A stretch of DNA of 64,000 bases from Macrostomum lignano (lineage: Eukaryota), in contig NIVC01000132.1 of assembly GCA_002269645.1 (NCBI GenBank), positions 372,001 through 436,000 of the forward strand. The letters are read 5' to 3'. The position numbers and the translations under genes were made by a program. How positions within the stretch are numbered: position 1 is the first letter of the stretch; each line of letters starts with the position of its first letter. Shown here in pieces: positions 37,701 to 52,700 of this stretch. The notes beneath the pieces are model-generated. The model did no database searches. It saw nothing but the letters and a program-made list of their open reading frames with translations, and was not told where the DNA came from.

Positions 37701-40700
37701 CAGATACAGTTAGTCAAACCAAAAGTAGCGAACAGGACAACCAGGAGCAAGTCGGAAGTAGCAGTGCAGCAACAAAAGAAGCTTCGACACAGGATCAGCA
37801 ACTATCAATCGAAATTTCGGAGCCTTCGATCCGAGAGCTTCGTCACGAAAGCCAGTCAGCCGATCTCGCTGAAGAGACCGAGGAAAGCGTGCTTGCTCGA
37901 AAGCTGCAGCAGGGTACTGATGCTGAGCAGCGCGATGAGTCCATTGGAGCAGAAGTCGACGACATAAAGAGCTTGGTGATGCACCTCGACCAGGACGTCG
38001 ATGAGGTCCGGATCGAGTACGAGGACCAACAGGTTTCGATGGAATTGCCGGAGCCTCCGATCCGAGAGCTTCGTCACGAAAGCCAGTCAGCCGATCTCGC
38101 TGAAGAGACCGAGGAAAGCGTGCTTGCTCGAAAGCTGCAGCAGGGTACTGATGCTGAGCAGCGCGATGAGTCCATTGGAGCAGAAGTCGACGACATAAAT
38201 AGCTTGGTGATGCACCTCGACCAGGACGTCGATGAGGTCCGAATCGAGTACGAGGACCAACAGATTTCGATGGAATTGCCGGAGCCTCCGATCCGAGAGC
38301 TTCGTCACGAAAGCCAGTCAGCCGATCTCGCTGAAGAGACCGAGGAAAGCGTGCTTGCTCGAAAGCTGCAGCAGGGTACTGATGCTGAGCAGCGCGATGA
38401 GTCCATTGGTGCAGAAGTCGACGACATAAAGAACTTGGTGAAGCACCTCGACCAGGACGTCGATGAGGTCCGGATCGAGTACGAGGACCAACAGATTTCG
38501 ATGGAATTGCCGGAGCCCATCATCCACGAGCCTCGCCGCTACGGGCACTCGTTTGATCGCGATAGTCAAATTTCCAAGGAGAGCGATCGATCCTGGCAGT
38601 CAGACGATCTCCTGCATCATATTAGGGACGCACCCGTCGACGAAAGAAACGAGAGTAGGTCGATAGATCTGGCTGAGCCAAAGTCATCAAAAATAGTAAA
38701 ACGCTTGTCTTTGGGAAGTGCAGAGTTTCCGCCCATCGAATCAAAAGTAAGGCTGCGACACACATCTGGTGAGAGCTCGGCAAAGAGAGAAAAACCTCAG
38801 ACGAGACCCCACAGTGTAAGTGTGACTGGAACGCACGACGATAAAAGTCAGAGCTCTGGTTCTCAAAGCTCGATGCCACTCGAGTCATCATACCCACCAA
38901 AGCACAAAAAGAACGTGTTCGGAAAGTTCCTGGGTGTTTTTAAGCGACACAGAGGATCGTATAATGTCTCCGACTTGGACACAGCTGGAAACGCGGAAAA
39001 CGAGGCGAGCTTCCGTAGGAAGCAATCAAGTCAACTAGCACAGAGAAATGACAGCGAGACTAACGAAACACAAGTGCCGTCAATGTCAAGAGACCCAGAT
39101 ACAGTTAGTCAAACCAAAAGTAGCGAACAGGACAACCAGGAGCAAGTCGGAAGTAGCAGTGCAGCAACAAAAGAAGCTTCGACACAGGATCAGCAACTGT
39201 CAATCGAAATTTCGGAGCCTCGATCCGAGAGCTTCGTCACGAAAGCCAGTCAGCCGATCTCGCTGAAGAGACCGAGGAAAGCGTGCTTGCTCGAAAGCTG
39301 CAGCAGGGTACTGATGCTGAGCAGCGCGATGAGTCCATTGGAGCAGAAGTCGACGACATAAAGAGCTTGGTGATGCACCTCGACCAGGACGTCGATGAGG
39401 TCCGGATCGAGTACGAGGACCAACAGGTTTCGATGGAATTGCCGGAGCCTCCGATCCGAGAGCTTCGTCACGAAAGCCAGTCAGCCGATCTCGCTGAAGA
39501 GACCGAGGAAAGCGTGCTTGCTCGAAAGCTGCAGCAGGGTACTGATGCTGAGCAGCGCGATGAGTCCATTGGAGCAGAAGTCGACGACATAAAGAGCTTG
39601 GTGATGCACCTCGACCAGGACGTCGATGAGGTCCGGATCGAGTACGAGGACCAACAGATTTCGATGGAATTGCCGGAGCCTCCGATCCGAGAGCTTCGTC
39701 ACGAAAGCCAGTCAGCCGATCTCGCTGAAGAGACCGAGGAAAGCGTGCTTGCTCGAAAGCTGCAGCAGGGTACTGATGCTGAGCAGCGCGATGAGTCCAT
39801 TGGTGCAGAAGTCGACGACATAAAGAACTTGGTGAAGCACCTCGACCAGGACGTCGATGAGGTCCGGATCGAGTACGAGGACCAACAGATTTCGATGGAA
39901 TTGCCGGAGCCCATCATCCACGAGCCTCGCCGCTACGGGCACTCGTTTGATCGCGATAGTCAAATTTCCAAGGAGAGCGATCGATCCTGGCAGTCAGACG
40001 ATCTCCTGCATCATATTAGGGACGCACCCGTCGACGAAAGAAACGAGAGTAGGTCGATAGATCTGGCTGAGCCAAAGTCATCAAAAATAGTAAAACGCTT
40101 GTCTTTGGGAAGTGCAGAGTTTCCGCCCATCGAATCAAAAGTAAGGCTGCGACACACATCTGGTGAGAGCTCGGCAAAGAGAGAAAAACCTCAGACGAGA
40201 CCCCACAGTGTAAGTGTGACTGGAACGCACGACGATAAAAGTCAGAGCTCTGGTTCTCAAAGCTCGATGCCACTCGAGTCATCATACCCACCAAAGCACA
40301 AAAAGAACGTGTTCGGAAAGTTCCTGGTGTTTTTAAGCGACACAGAGGATCGTATAATGTCTCCGACTTGGACACAGCTGGAAACGCGGAAAACGAGGCG
40401 AGCTTCCGTAGGAAGCAATCAAGTCAACTAGCACAGAGAAATGACAGCGAGACTAACGAAACACAAGTGCCGTCAATGTCAAGAGACCCAGATACAGTTA
40501 GTCAAACCAAAAGTAGCGAACAGGACAACCAGGAGCAAGTCGGAAGTAGCAGTGCAGCAACAAAAGAAGCTTTGACACAGGATCAGCAACTGTCAATCGA
40601 AATTTCGGAGTCCTCGATCCGAGAGCTTCGTCACGAAAGCCAGTCAGCCGATCTCGCTGAAGAGACCGAGGAAAGCGTGCTTGCTCGAAAGCTGCAGCAG

Positions 40701-43700
40701 GGTACTGATGCTGAGCAGCGCGATGAGTCCATTGGAGCAGAAGTCGACGACATAAAGAGCTTGGTGATGCACCTCGACCAGGACGTCGATGAGGTCCGGA
40801 TCGAGTACGAGGACCAACAGGTTTCGATGGAATTGCCGGAGCCTCCGATCCGAGAGCTTCGTCACGAAAGCCAGTCAGCCGATCTCGCTGAAGAGACCGA
40901 GGAAAGCGTGCTTGCTCGAAAGCTGCAGCAGGGTACTGATGCTGAGCAGCGCGATGAGTCCATTGGAGCAGAAGTCGACGACATAAAGAGCTTGGTGATG
41001 CACCTCGACCAGGACGTCGATGAGGTCCGGATCGAGTACAAGGACCAACAGATTTCGATGGAATTGCCGGAGCCTCCGATCCGAGAGCTTCGTGACGAAA
41101 GCCAGTCAGCCGATCTCGCTGAAGAGACCGAGGAAAGCGTGCTTGCTCGAAAGCTGCAGCAGGGTACTGATGCTGAGCAGCGCGATGAGTCCATTGGAGC
41201 AGAAGTCGACGACATAAAGAGCTTGGTGATGCACCTCGACCAGGACGTCGATGAGGTCCGGATCGAGTACGAGGACCAACAGGTTTCGATGGAATTGCCG
41301 GAGCCTCCGATCCGAGAGCTTCGTCACGAAAGCCAGTCAGCCGATCTCGCCGAAGAGACCGAGGAAAGCGTTCTTGCTCGAAAGCTGCAGCAGGTTTCTG
41401 ATGCTGAGCAGCGCGATGAGTCCCTTGGAGCAGAAGTCGACGACATAAAGAGCTTGGTGATGCACCTCGACCAGGACCTCGATGAGGTCCGGATCGAGTA
41501 CGAGGACCAACAGATTTCGATGGAATTGCCGGAGCCTCCGATCCGAGAGCTTCGTCACGAAAGCCAGTCAGCCGATCTCGCTGAAGAGACCGAGGAAAGC
41601 GTGCTTGCTCGAAAGCTGCAGCAGGGTACTGATGCTGAGCAGCGCGATGAGTCCATTGGAGCAGAAGTCGACGACATAAAGAGCTTGGTGATGCACCTCG
41701 ACCAGGACGTCGATGAGGTCCGGATCGAGTACGAGGACCAACAGGTTTCGATGGAATTGCCGGAGCCTCCGATCCGAGAGCTTCGTCACGAAAGCCAGTC
41801 AGCCGATCTCGCTGAAGAGACCGAGGAAAGCGTTCTTGCTCGAAAGCTGCAGCAGGTTTCTGATGCTGAGCAGCGCGATGAGTCCCTTGGAGCAGAAGTC
41901 GACGACATAAAGAGCTTGGTGATGCACCTCAACCAGGACCTCGATGAGGTCCGGATCGAGTACGAGGACCAACAGATTTCGATGGAATTGCCGGAGCCTC
42001 CGATCCGAGAGCTTCGTCACGAAAGCCAGTCAGCCGATCTCGCTGAAGAGACCGAGGAAAGCGTTCTTGCTCGAAAGCTGCAGCAGGTTACTGATGCTGA
42101 GCAGCGCGATGAGTCCCTTGGAGCAGAAGTCGACGACATAAATAGCTTGGTGATGCACCTCGACCAGGACGTCGATGAGGTCCGGATCGAGTACGAGGAC
42201 CAACAGGTTTCGATGGAATTGCCGGAGCCTCCGATCCGAGAGCTTCGTCACGAAAGCCAGTCAGCCGATCTCGCTGAAGAGACCGAGGAAAGCGTGCTTG
42301 CTCGAAAGCTGCAGCAGGGTACTGATGCTGAGCAGCGCGATGAGTCCATTGGAGCAGAAGTCGACGACATAAAGAGCTTGGTGATGCACCTCGACCAGGA
42401 CGTCGATGAGGTCTGGATCGAGTACGAGGACCAACAGGTTTCGATGGAATTGCCGGAGCCTCCGATCCGAAAGCTTCGTCACGAAAGCCAGTCAGCCGAT
42501 CTCGCTGAAGAGACCGAGGAAAGCGTGCTTGCTCGAAAGCTGCAGCAGGGTACTGATGCTGAGCAGCGCGATGAGTCCATTGGAGCAGAAGTCGACGACA
42601 TAAAGAACTTGGTGAAGCACCTCGACCAGGACGTCGATGAGGTCCGGATCGAGTACGAGGACCAACAGATTTCGATGGAATTGCCGAGGCCCATCATCCA
42701 CGAGCCTCGCCGCTACGGGCACTCGTTTGATCGCGATAGTCAAATTTCCAAGGAGAGCGATCGATCCTGGCAGTCAGACGATCTCCTGCATCATATTAGG
42801 GACGCACCCGTCGACGAAAGAAACGAGAGTAGGTCGATAGATCTGGCTGAGCAAAGTCATCAAAAATAGTAAAACGCTTGTCTTTGGAAGTGCAGAGTTT
42901 CCGCCCATCGAATCAAAAGAAAGGCTGCGACACACATCTGGTGAGAGCTCGACAAAGAGAGAAAAACCTCAGACGAGACCCCACAGTGTAAGTGTGACTG
43001 GAACGCACGACGATAAAAGTCAGAGCTCTGGTTCTCAAAGCTCGATGCCACTCGAGTCATCATACCCACCAAAGCACAAAAAGAACGTTTTCGGAAAGTT
43101 CCTGGGTGTTTTTAAGCGACACAGAGGATCTCCGACTTGACACAGCTGACGCGGAAAACGAGGCGAGCTCCGTAGGAAGCAATCAAGTCAACTAGCACAG
43201 AGAAATGACAGCGAGACTAACGAAACACAAGTGCCGTCAATGTCAAGAGACCCAGTTAGTCAAACAAAAAGTAGCGAACAGGACAACCAGGAGCAAGTCG
43301 GAAGTAGCAGTGCAGCAACAAAAGAAGCTTCGACACAGGATCAGCAACTGTCAATCGAAATTTCGGAGTCCTCGATCCGAGAGCTTCGTCACGAAAGCCA
43401 GTCAGCCGATCTCGCTGAAGAGACCGAGGAAAGCGTGCTTGCTCGAAAGCTGCAGCAGGGTACTGATGCTGAGCAGCGCGATGAGTCCATTGGAGCAGAA
43501 GTCGACGACATAAATAGCTTGGTGATGCACCTCGACCAGGACGTCGATGAGGTCCGAATCGAGTACGAGGACCAACAGATTTCGATGGAATTGCCGGAGC
43601 CCATCATCCACGAGCCTCGCCGCTACGGGCACTCGTTTGATCGCGATAGTCAAATTTCCAAGGAGAGCGATCGATCCTGGCAGTCAGACGATCTCCTGCA

Positions 43701-46700
43701 TCATATTAGGGACGCACCCGTCGACGAAAGAAACGAGAGTAGGTCGATAGATCTGGCTGAGCCAAAGTCATCAAAAATAGTAAAACGCTTGTCTTTGGGA
43801 AGTGCAGAGTTTCCGCCCATCGAATCAAAAGAAAGGCTGCGACACACATCTGGTGAGAGCTCGACAAAGAGAGAAAAACCTCAGACGAGACCCCACAGTG
43901 TAAGTGTGACTGGAACGCACGACGATAAAAGTCAGAGCTCTGGTTCTCAAAGCTCGATGCCACTCGAGTCATCATACCCACCAAAGCACAAAAAGAACGT
44001 GTTCGGAAAGTTCCTGGTGTTTTTAAAGCGAACAGAGGATCGTATAATGTCTCCGACTTGGACACAGCTGGAAACGCGGAAAAACGAGGCGAGCTTCCGT
44101 AGGAAGCAATCAAGTCAACTAGCACAGAGAAATGACAGCGAGACTAACGAAACACAAGTGCCGTCAATGTCAAAGACCAGATACAGTTAGTCAAACCAAA
44201 AGTAGCGAACAGGACAACCAGGAGCAAGTCGGAAGTAGCAGTGCAGCAACAAAAAGAAGCTTCGACACAGGATCAGCAACTGTCAATCGAAATTTCGGAG
44301 TCCTCGATCCGAGAGCTTCGTCACGAAAGCCAGTCAGCCGATCTCGCTGAAGAGACCGAGGAAAGCGTGCTTGCTCGAAAGCTGCAGCAGGGTACTGATG
44401 CTGAGCAGCGCGATGAGTCCATTGGAGCAGAAGTCGACGACATAAAGAGCTTGGTGATGCACCTCGACCAGGACGTCGATGAGGTCCGGATCGAGTACGA
44501 GGACCAACAGATTTCGATGGAATTGCCGGAGCCTCCGATCCGAGAGCTTCGTCACGAAAGCCAGTCAGCCGATCTCGCTGAAGAGACCGAGGAAAGCGTT
44601 CTTGCTCGAAAGCTGCAGCAGGTTACTGATGCTGAGCAGCGCGATGAGTCCCTTGGAGCAGAAGTCGACGACATAAAGAGCTTGGTGATGCACCTCGACC
44701 AGGACGTCGATGAGGTCCGGATCGAGTACGAGGACCAACAGGTTTCGATGGAATTGCCGAGCCTCCGATCCGAGAGCTTCGTCACGAAAGCCAGTCAGCC
44801 GATCTCGCTGAAGAGACCGAGGAAAGCGTGCTTGCTCGAAAGCTGCAGCAGGGTACTGATGCTGAGCAGCGCGATGAGTCCCTTGGAGCAAAGTCGACGA
44901 CATAAATAGCTTGGTGATGCACCTCGACCAGGACGTCGATGAGGTCCGAATCGAGTACGAGGACCAACAGGTTTCGATGGAATTGCCGGAGCCTCCGATC
45001 CGAGAGCTTCGTCACGAAAGCCAGTCAGCCGATCTCGCTGAAGAGACCGAGGAAAGCGTGCTTGCTCGAAAGCTGCAGCAGGGTACTGATGCTGAGCAGC
45101 GCGATGAGTCCATTGGAGCAGAAGTCGACGACATAAAGAGCTTGGTGATGCACCTCGACCAGGACGTCGATGAGGTCCGGATCGAGTACGAGGACCAACA
45201 GGTTTCGATGGAATTGCCGGAGCCTCCGATCCGAGAGCTTCGTCACGAAAGCCAGTCAGCCGATCTCGCTGAAGAGACCGAGGAAAGCGTGCTTGCTCGA
45301 AAGCTGCAGCAGGGTACTGATGCTGAGCAGCGCGATGAGTCCATTGAGCAGAAGTCGACGACATAAATAGCTTGGTGATGCACCTCGACCAGGACGTCGA
45401 TGAGGTCCGGATCGAATACGAGGACCAACAGGTTTCGATGGAATTGCCGGAGCCTCCGATCCGAGAGCTTCGTCACGAAAGCCAGTCAGCCGATCTCGCT
45501 GAAGAGACCGAGGAAAGCGTGCTTGCTCGAAAGCTGCAGCAGGGTACTGATGCTGAGCAGCGCGATGAGTCCATTGGAGCAGAAGTCGACGACAAAAAGA
45601 GCTTGGTGATGCACCTCGACCAGGACGTCGATGAGGTCGGATCGAGTACGAGGACCAACAGGTTTCGATGGAATTGCCGGAGCCTCCGATCCGAGAGCTT
45701 CGTCACGAAAGCCAGTCAGCCGATCTCGCTGAAGAGACCGAGGAAAGCGTGCTTGCTCGAAAGCTGCAGCAGGGTACTGATGCTGAGCAGCGCGATGAGT
45801 CCCTTGGAGCAGAAGTCGACGACATAAAGAGCTTGGTGATGCACCTCGACCAGGACGTCGATGAGGTCCGGATCGAATACGAGGACCAACAGGTTTCGAT
45901 GGAATTGCCGGAGCCTCCGATCCGAGAGCTTCGTCACGAAAGCCAGTCAGCCGATCTCGCTGAAGAGACCGAGGAAAGCGTGCTTGCTCGAAAGCTGCAG
46001 CAGGGTACTGATGCTGAGCAGCGCGATGAGTCCATTGGAGCAGAAGTCGACGACAAAAAGAGCTTGGTGATGCACCTCGACCAGGACGTCGATGAGGTCG
46101 GGATCGAGTACGAGGACCAACAGGTTTCGATGGAATTGCCGGAGCCTCCGATCCGAGAGCTTCGTCACGAAAGCCAGTCAGCCGATCTCGCTGAAGAGAC
46201 CGAGGAAAGCGTGCTTGCTCGAAAGCTGCAGCAGGGTACTGATGCTGAGCAGCGCGATGAGTCCCTTGGAGCAGAAGTCGACGACATAAAGAGCTTGGTG
46301 ATGCACCTCGACCAGGACGTCGATGAGGTCCGGATCGAATACGAGGACCAACAGGTTTCGATGGAATTGCCGGAGCCTCCGATCCGAGAGCTTCGTCACG
46401 AAAGCCAGTCAGCCGATCTCGCTGAAGAGACCGAGGAAAGCGTGCTTGCTCGAAAGCTGCAGCAGGGTACTGATGCTGAGCAGCGCGATGAGTCCATTGG
46501 AGCAGAAGTCGACGACAAAAAGAGCTTGGTGATGCACCTCGACCAGGACGTCGATGAGGACCGGATCGAGTGCGAGGACCAACAGATTTCGATGGAATTG
46601 CTGGAGCCTCCGATCCGAGAGCTTCGTGACGAAAGCCAGTCAGCCGATCTCGCTGAAGAGACCGAGGAAAGCGTGCTTGCTCGAAAGCTGCAGCAGGGTA

Positions 46701-49700
46701 CTGATGCTGAGCAGCGCGATGAGTCCATTGGAGCAGAAGTCGACGACATAAATAGCTTGGTGATGCACCTCGACCAGGACGTCGATGAGGTCCGGATCGA
46801 ATACGAGGACCAACAGGTTTCGATGGAATTGCCGGAGCCTCCGATCCGAGAGCTTCGTCACGAAAGCCAGTCAGCCGATCTCGCTGAAGAGACCGAGGAA
46901 AGCGTGCTTGCTCGAAAGCTGCAGCAGGGTACTGATGCTGAGCAGCGCGATGAGTCCATTGGAGCAGAAGTCGACGACATAAAGAGCTTGGTGATGCACC
47001 TCGACCATGACGTCGATGAGGTCCGGATCGAGTACGAGGACCAACAGATTTCGATGGAATTGCCGGAGCCTCCGATCCGAGAGCTTCGTCACGAAAGCCA
47101 ATCAGCCGATCTCGCTGAAGAGACCGAGGAAAGCGTTCTTGCTCGAAAGCTGCAGCAGGTTACTGATGCTGAGCAGCGCGATGAGTCCCTTGGAGCAGAA
47201 GTCGACGACATAAAGAGCTTGGTGATGCACCTCGACCAGGACGTCGATGAGGTCCGGATCGAGTACGAGGACCAACAGGTTTCGATGGAATTGCCGGAGC
47301 CTCCGATCCGAGAGCTTCGTCACGAAAGCCAGTCAGCCGATCTCGCTGAAGAGACCGAGGAAAGCGTGCTTGCTCGAAAGCTGCAGCAGGGTACTGATGC
47401 TGAGCAGCGCGATGAGTCCATTGGAGCAGAAGTCGACGACATAAAGAGCTTGGTGATGCACCTCGACCAGGACGTCGATGAGGTCCGGATCGAGTACGAG
47501 GACCAACAGATTTCGATGGAATTGCCGGAGCCTCCGATCCGAGAGCTTCGTCACGAAAGCCAGTCAGCCGATCTCGCTGAAGAGACCGAGGAAAGCGTTC
47601 TTGCTCGAAAGCTGCAGCAGGGTACTGATGCTGAGCAGCGCGATGAGTCCCTTGGAGCAGAAGTCGACGACATAAAGAACTTGGTGAAGCACCTCGACCA
47701 GGACGTCGATGAGGTCCGGATCGAGTACGAGGACCAACAGATTTCGATGGAATTGCCGGAGCCCATCATCCACGAGCCTCGCCGCTACGGGCACTCGTTT
47801 GATCGCGATAGTCAAATTTCCAAGGAGAGCGATCGATCCTGGCAGTCAGACGATCTCCTGCATCATATTAGGGACGCACCCGTCGACGAAAGAAACGAGA
47901 GTAGGTCGATAGATCTGGCTGAGCCAAAGTCATCAAAAATAGTAAAACGCTTGTCTTTGGGAAGTGCAGAGTTTCCGCCCATCGAATCAAAAGTAAGGCT
48001 GCGACACACATCTGGTGAGAGCTCGGCAAAGAGAGAAAAACCTCAGACGAGACCCCACAGTGTAAGTGTGACTGGAACGCACGACGATAAAAGTCAGAGC
48101 TCTGGTTCTCAAAGCTCGATGCCACTCGAGTCATCATACCCACCAAAGCACAAAAAGAACGTGTTCGGAAAGTTCCTGGGTGTTTTTAAGCGACACAGAG
48201 GATCGTATAATGTCTCCGACTTGGACACAGCTGGAAACGCGGAAAACGAGGCGAGCTTCCGTAGGAAGCAATCAAGTCAACTAGCACAGAGAAATGACAG
48301 CGAGACTAACGAAACACAAGTGCCGTCAATGTCAAGAGACCCAGATACAGTTAGTCAAACCAAAAGTAGCGAACAGGACAACCAGGAGCAAGTCGGAAGT
48401 AGCAGTGCAGCAACAAAAGAAGCTTTGACACAGGATCAGCAACTGTCAATCGAAATTTCGGAGTCCTCGATCCAAGAGCTTCGTCACGAAAGCCAGTCAG
48501 CCGATCTCGCTGAAGAGACCGAGAAAGCGTGCTTGCTCGAAAGCTGCAGCAGGGTACTGATGCTGAGCAGCGCGATGAGTCCATTGGAGCAGAAGTCGAC
48601 GACATAAAGAGCTTGGTGATGCACCTCGACCAGGACGTCGATGAGGTCCGGATCGAGTACGAGGACCAACAGGTTTCGATGGAATTGCCGGAGCCTCCGA
48701 TCCGAGAGCTTCGTCACGAAAGCCAGTCAGCCGATCTCGCTGAAGAGACCGAGGAAAGCGTGCTTGCTCGAAAGCTGCAGCAGGGTACTGATGCTGAGCA
48801 GCGCGATGAGTCCATTGGAGCAGAAGTCGACGACATAAAGAGCTTGGTGATTCACCTCGACCAGGACGTCGATGAGGTCCGGATCGAGTACAAGGACCAA
48901 CAGATTTCGATGGAATTGCCGGAGCCTCCGATCCGAGAGCTTCGTCACGAAAGCCAGTCAGCCGATCTCGCTGAAGAGACCGAGGAAAGCGTGCTTGCTC
49001 GAAAGCTGCAGCAGGGTACTGATGCTGAGCAGCGCGATGAGTCCATTGGAGCAGAAGTCGACGACATAAAGAGCTTGGTGATGCACCTCGACCAGGACGT
49101 CGATGAGGTCCGGATCGAGTACGAGGACCAACAGGTTTCGATGGAATTGCCGGAGCCTCCGATCCGAGAGCTTCGTCACGAAAGCCAGTCAGCCGATCTC
49201 GCTGAAGAGACCGAGGAAAGCGTGCTTGCTCGAAAGCTGCAGCAGGGTACTGATGCTGAGCAGCGCGATGAGTCCATTGGAGCAGAAGTCGACGACATAA
49301 AGAGCTTGGTGATGCACCTCGACCAGGACGTCGATGAGGTCCGGATCGAGTACGAGGACCAACAGGTTTCGATGGAATTGCCGGAGCCTCCGATCCGAAA
49401 GCTTCGTCACGAAAGCCAGTCAGCCGATCTCGCTGAAGAGACCGAGGAAAGCGTGCTTGCTCGAAAGCTGCAGCAGGGTACTGATGCTGAGCAGCGCGAT
49501 GAGTCCATTGGAGCAGAAGTCGACGACATAAAGAACTTGGTGAAGCACCTCGACCAGGACATCGATGAGGTCCGGATCGAATACGAGGACCAACAGATTT
49601 CGATGGAATTGCCGGAGCCCATCATCCACGAGCCTCGCCGCTACGGGCACTCGTTTGATCGCGATAGTCAAATTTCCAAGGAGAGCGATCGATCCTTGCA

Positions 49701-52700
49701 GTCAGACGATCTCCTGCATCATATTAGGGACGCACCCGTCGACGAAAGAAACGAGAGTAGGTCGATAGATCTGGCTGAGCCAAAGTCATCAAAAATAGTA
49801 AAACGCTTGTCTTTGGGAAGTGCAGAGTTTCCGCCCATCGAATCAAAAGAAAGGCTGCGACACACATCTGGTGAGAGCTCGACAAAGAGAGAAAAACCTC
49901 AGACGAGACCCCACAGTGTAAGTGTGACTGGAACGCACGACGATAAAAGTCAGAGCTCTGGTTCTCAAAGCTCGATGCCACTCGAGTCATCATACCCACC
50001 AAAGCACAAAAAGAACGTGTTCGGAAAGTTCCTGGGTGTTTTTAAGCGACACAGAGGATCGTATAATGTCTCCGACTTGGACACAGCTGGAAACGCGGAA
50101 AACGAGGCGAGCTTCCGTAGGAAGCAATCAAGTCAACTAGCACAGAGAAATGACAGCGAGACTAACGAAACACAAGTGCCGTCAATGTCAAGAGACCCAG
50201 ATACAGTTAGTCAAACCAAAAGTAGCGAACAGGACAACCAGGAGCAAGTCGGAAGTAGCAGTGCAGCAACAAAAGAAGCTTTGACACAGGATCAGCAACT
50301 GTCAATCGAAATTTCGGAGTCCTCGATCCAAGAGCTTCGTCACGAAAGCCAGTCAGCCGATCTCGCTGAAGAGACCGAGGAAAGCGTGCTTGCTCGAAAG
50401 CTGCAGCAGGGTACTGATGCTGAGCAGCGCGATGAGTCCATTGGAGCAGAAGTCGACGACATAAAGAGCTTGGTGATGCACCTCGACCAGGACGTCGATG
50501 AGGTCCGGATCGAGTACGAGGACCAACAGGTTTCGATGGAATTGCCGGAGCCTCCGATCCGAGAGCTTCGTCACGAAAGCCAGTCAGCCGATCTCGCTGA
50601 AGAGACCGAGGAAAGCGTGCTTGCTCGAAAGCTGCAGCAGGGTACTGATGCTGAGCAGCGCGATGAGTCCATTGGAGCAGAAGTCGACGACATAAAGAGC
50701 TTGGTGATTCACCTCGACCAGGACGTCGATGAGGTCCGGATCGAGTACAAGGACCAACAGATTTCGATGGAATTGCCGGAGCCTCCGATCCGAGAGCTTC
50801 GTCACGAAAGCCAGTCAGCCGATCTCGCTGAAGAGACCGAGGAAAGCGTGCTTGCTCGAAAGCTGCAGCAGGGTACTGATGCTGAGCAGCGCGATGAGTC
50901 CATTGGAGCAGAAGTCGACGACATAAAGAGCTTGGTGATGCACCTCGACCAGGACGTCGATGAGGTCCGGATCGAGTACGAGGACCAACAGGTTTCGATG
51001 GAATTGCCGGAGCCTCCGATCCGAGAGCTTCGTCACGAAAGCCAGTCAGCCGATCTCGCTGAAGAGACCGAGGAAAGCGTGCTTGCTCGAAAGCTGCAGC
51101 AGGGTACTGATGCTGAGCAGCGCGATGAGTCCATTGGAGCAGAAGTCGACGACATAAAGAGCTTGGTGATGCACCTCGACCAGGACGTCGATGAGGTCCG
51201 GATCGAGTACGAGGACCAACAGGTTTCGATGGAATTGCCGGAGCCTCCGATCCGAAAGCTTCGTCACGAAAGCCAGTCAGCCGATCTCGCTGAAGAGACC
51301 GAGGAAAGCGTGCTTGCTCGAAAGCTGCAGCAGGGTACTGATGCTGAGCAGCGCGATGAGTCCATTGGAGCAGAAGTCGACGACATAAAGAACTTGGTGA
51401 AGCACCTCGACCAGGACGTCGATGAGGTCCGGATCGAGTACGAGGACCAACAGATTTCGATGGAATTGCCGGAGCCCATCATCCACGAGCCTCGCCGCTA
51501 CGGGCACTCGTTTGATCGCGATAGTCAAATTTCCAAGGAGAGCGATCGATCCTTGCAGTCAGACGATCTCCTGCATCATATTAGGGACGCACCCGTCGAC
51601 GAAAGAAACGAGAGTAGGTCGATAGATCTGGCTGAGCCAAAGTCATCAAAAATAGTAAAACGCTTGTCTTTGGGAAGTGCAGAGTTTCCGCCCATCGAAT
51701 CAAAAGAAAGGCTGCGACACACATCTGGTGAGAGCTCGACAAAGAGAGAAAAACCTCAGACGAGACCCCACAGTGTAAGTGTGACTGGAACGCACGACGA
51801 TAAAAGTCAGAGCTCTGGTTCTCAAAGCTCGATGCCACTCGAGTCATCATACCCACCAAAGCACAAAAAGAACGTGTTCGGAAAGTTCCTGGGTGTTTTT
51901 AAGCGACACAGAGGATCGTATAATGTCTCCGACTTGGACACAGCTGGAAACGCGGAAAACGAGGCGAGCTTCCGTAGGAAGCAATCAAGTCAACTAGCAC
52001 AGAGAAATGACAGCGAGACTAACGAAACACAAGTGCCGTCAATGTCAAGAGACCCAGTTAGTCAAACAAAAAGTAGCGAACAGGACAACCAGGAGCAAGT
52101 CGGAAGTAGCAGTGCAGCAACAAAAGAAGCTTCGACACAGGATCAGCAACTGTCAATCGAAATTTCGGAGTCCTCGATCCGAGAGCTTCGTCACGAAAGC
52201 CAGTCAGCCGATCTCGCTGAAGAGACCGAGGAAAGCGTTCTTGCTCGAAAGCTGCAGCAGGGTACTGATGCTGAGCAGCGCGATGAGTCCCTTGGAGCAG
52301 AAGTCGACGACATAAAGAACTTGGTGAAGCACCTCGACCAGGACGTCGATGAGGTCCGGATCGAGTACGAGGACCAACAGATTTCGATGGAATTGCCGGA
52401 GCCCATCATCCACGAGCCTCGCCGCTACGGGCACTCGTTTGATCGCGATAGTCAAATTTCCAAGGAGAGCGATCGATCCTGGCAGTCAGACGATCTCCTG
52501 CATCATATTAGGACGCACCCGTCGACGAAAGAAACGAGAGTAGGTCGATAGATCTGGCTGAGCCAAAGTCATCAAAAATAGTAAAACGCTTGTCTTTGGG
52601 AAGTGCAGAGTTTCCGCCCATCGAATCAAAAGTAAGGCTGCGACACACATCTGGTGAGAGCTCGGCAAAGAGAGAAAAACCTCAGACGAGACCCCACAGT

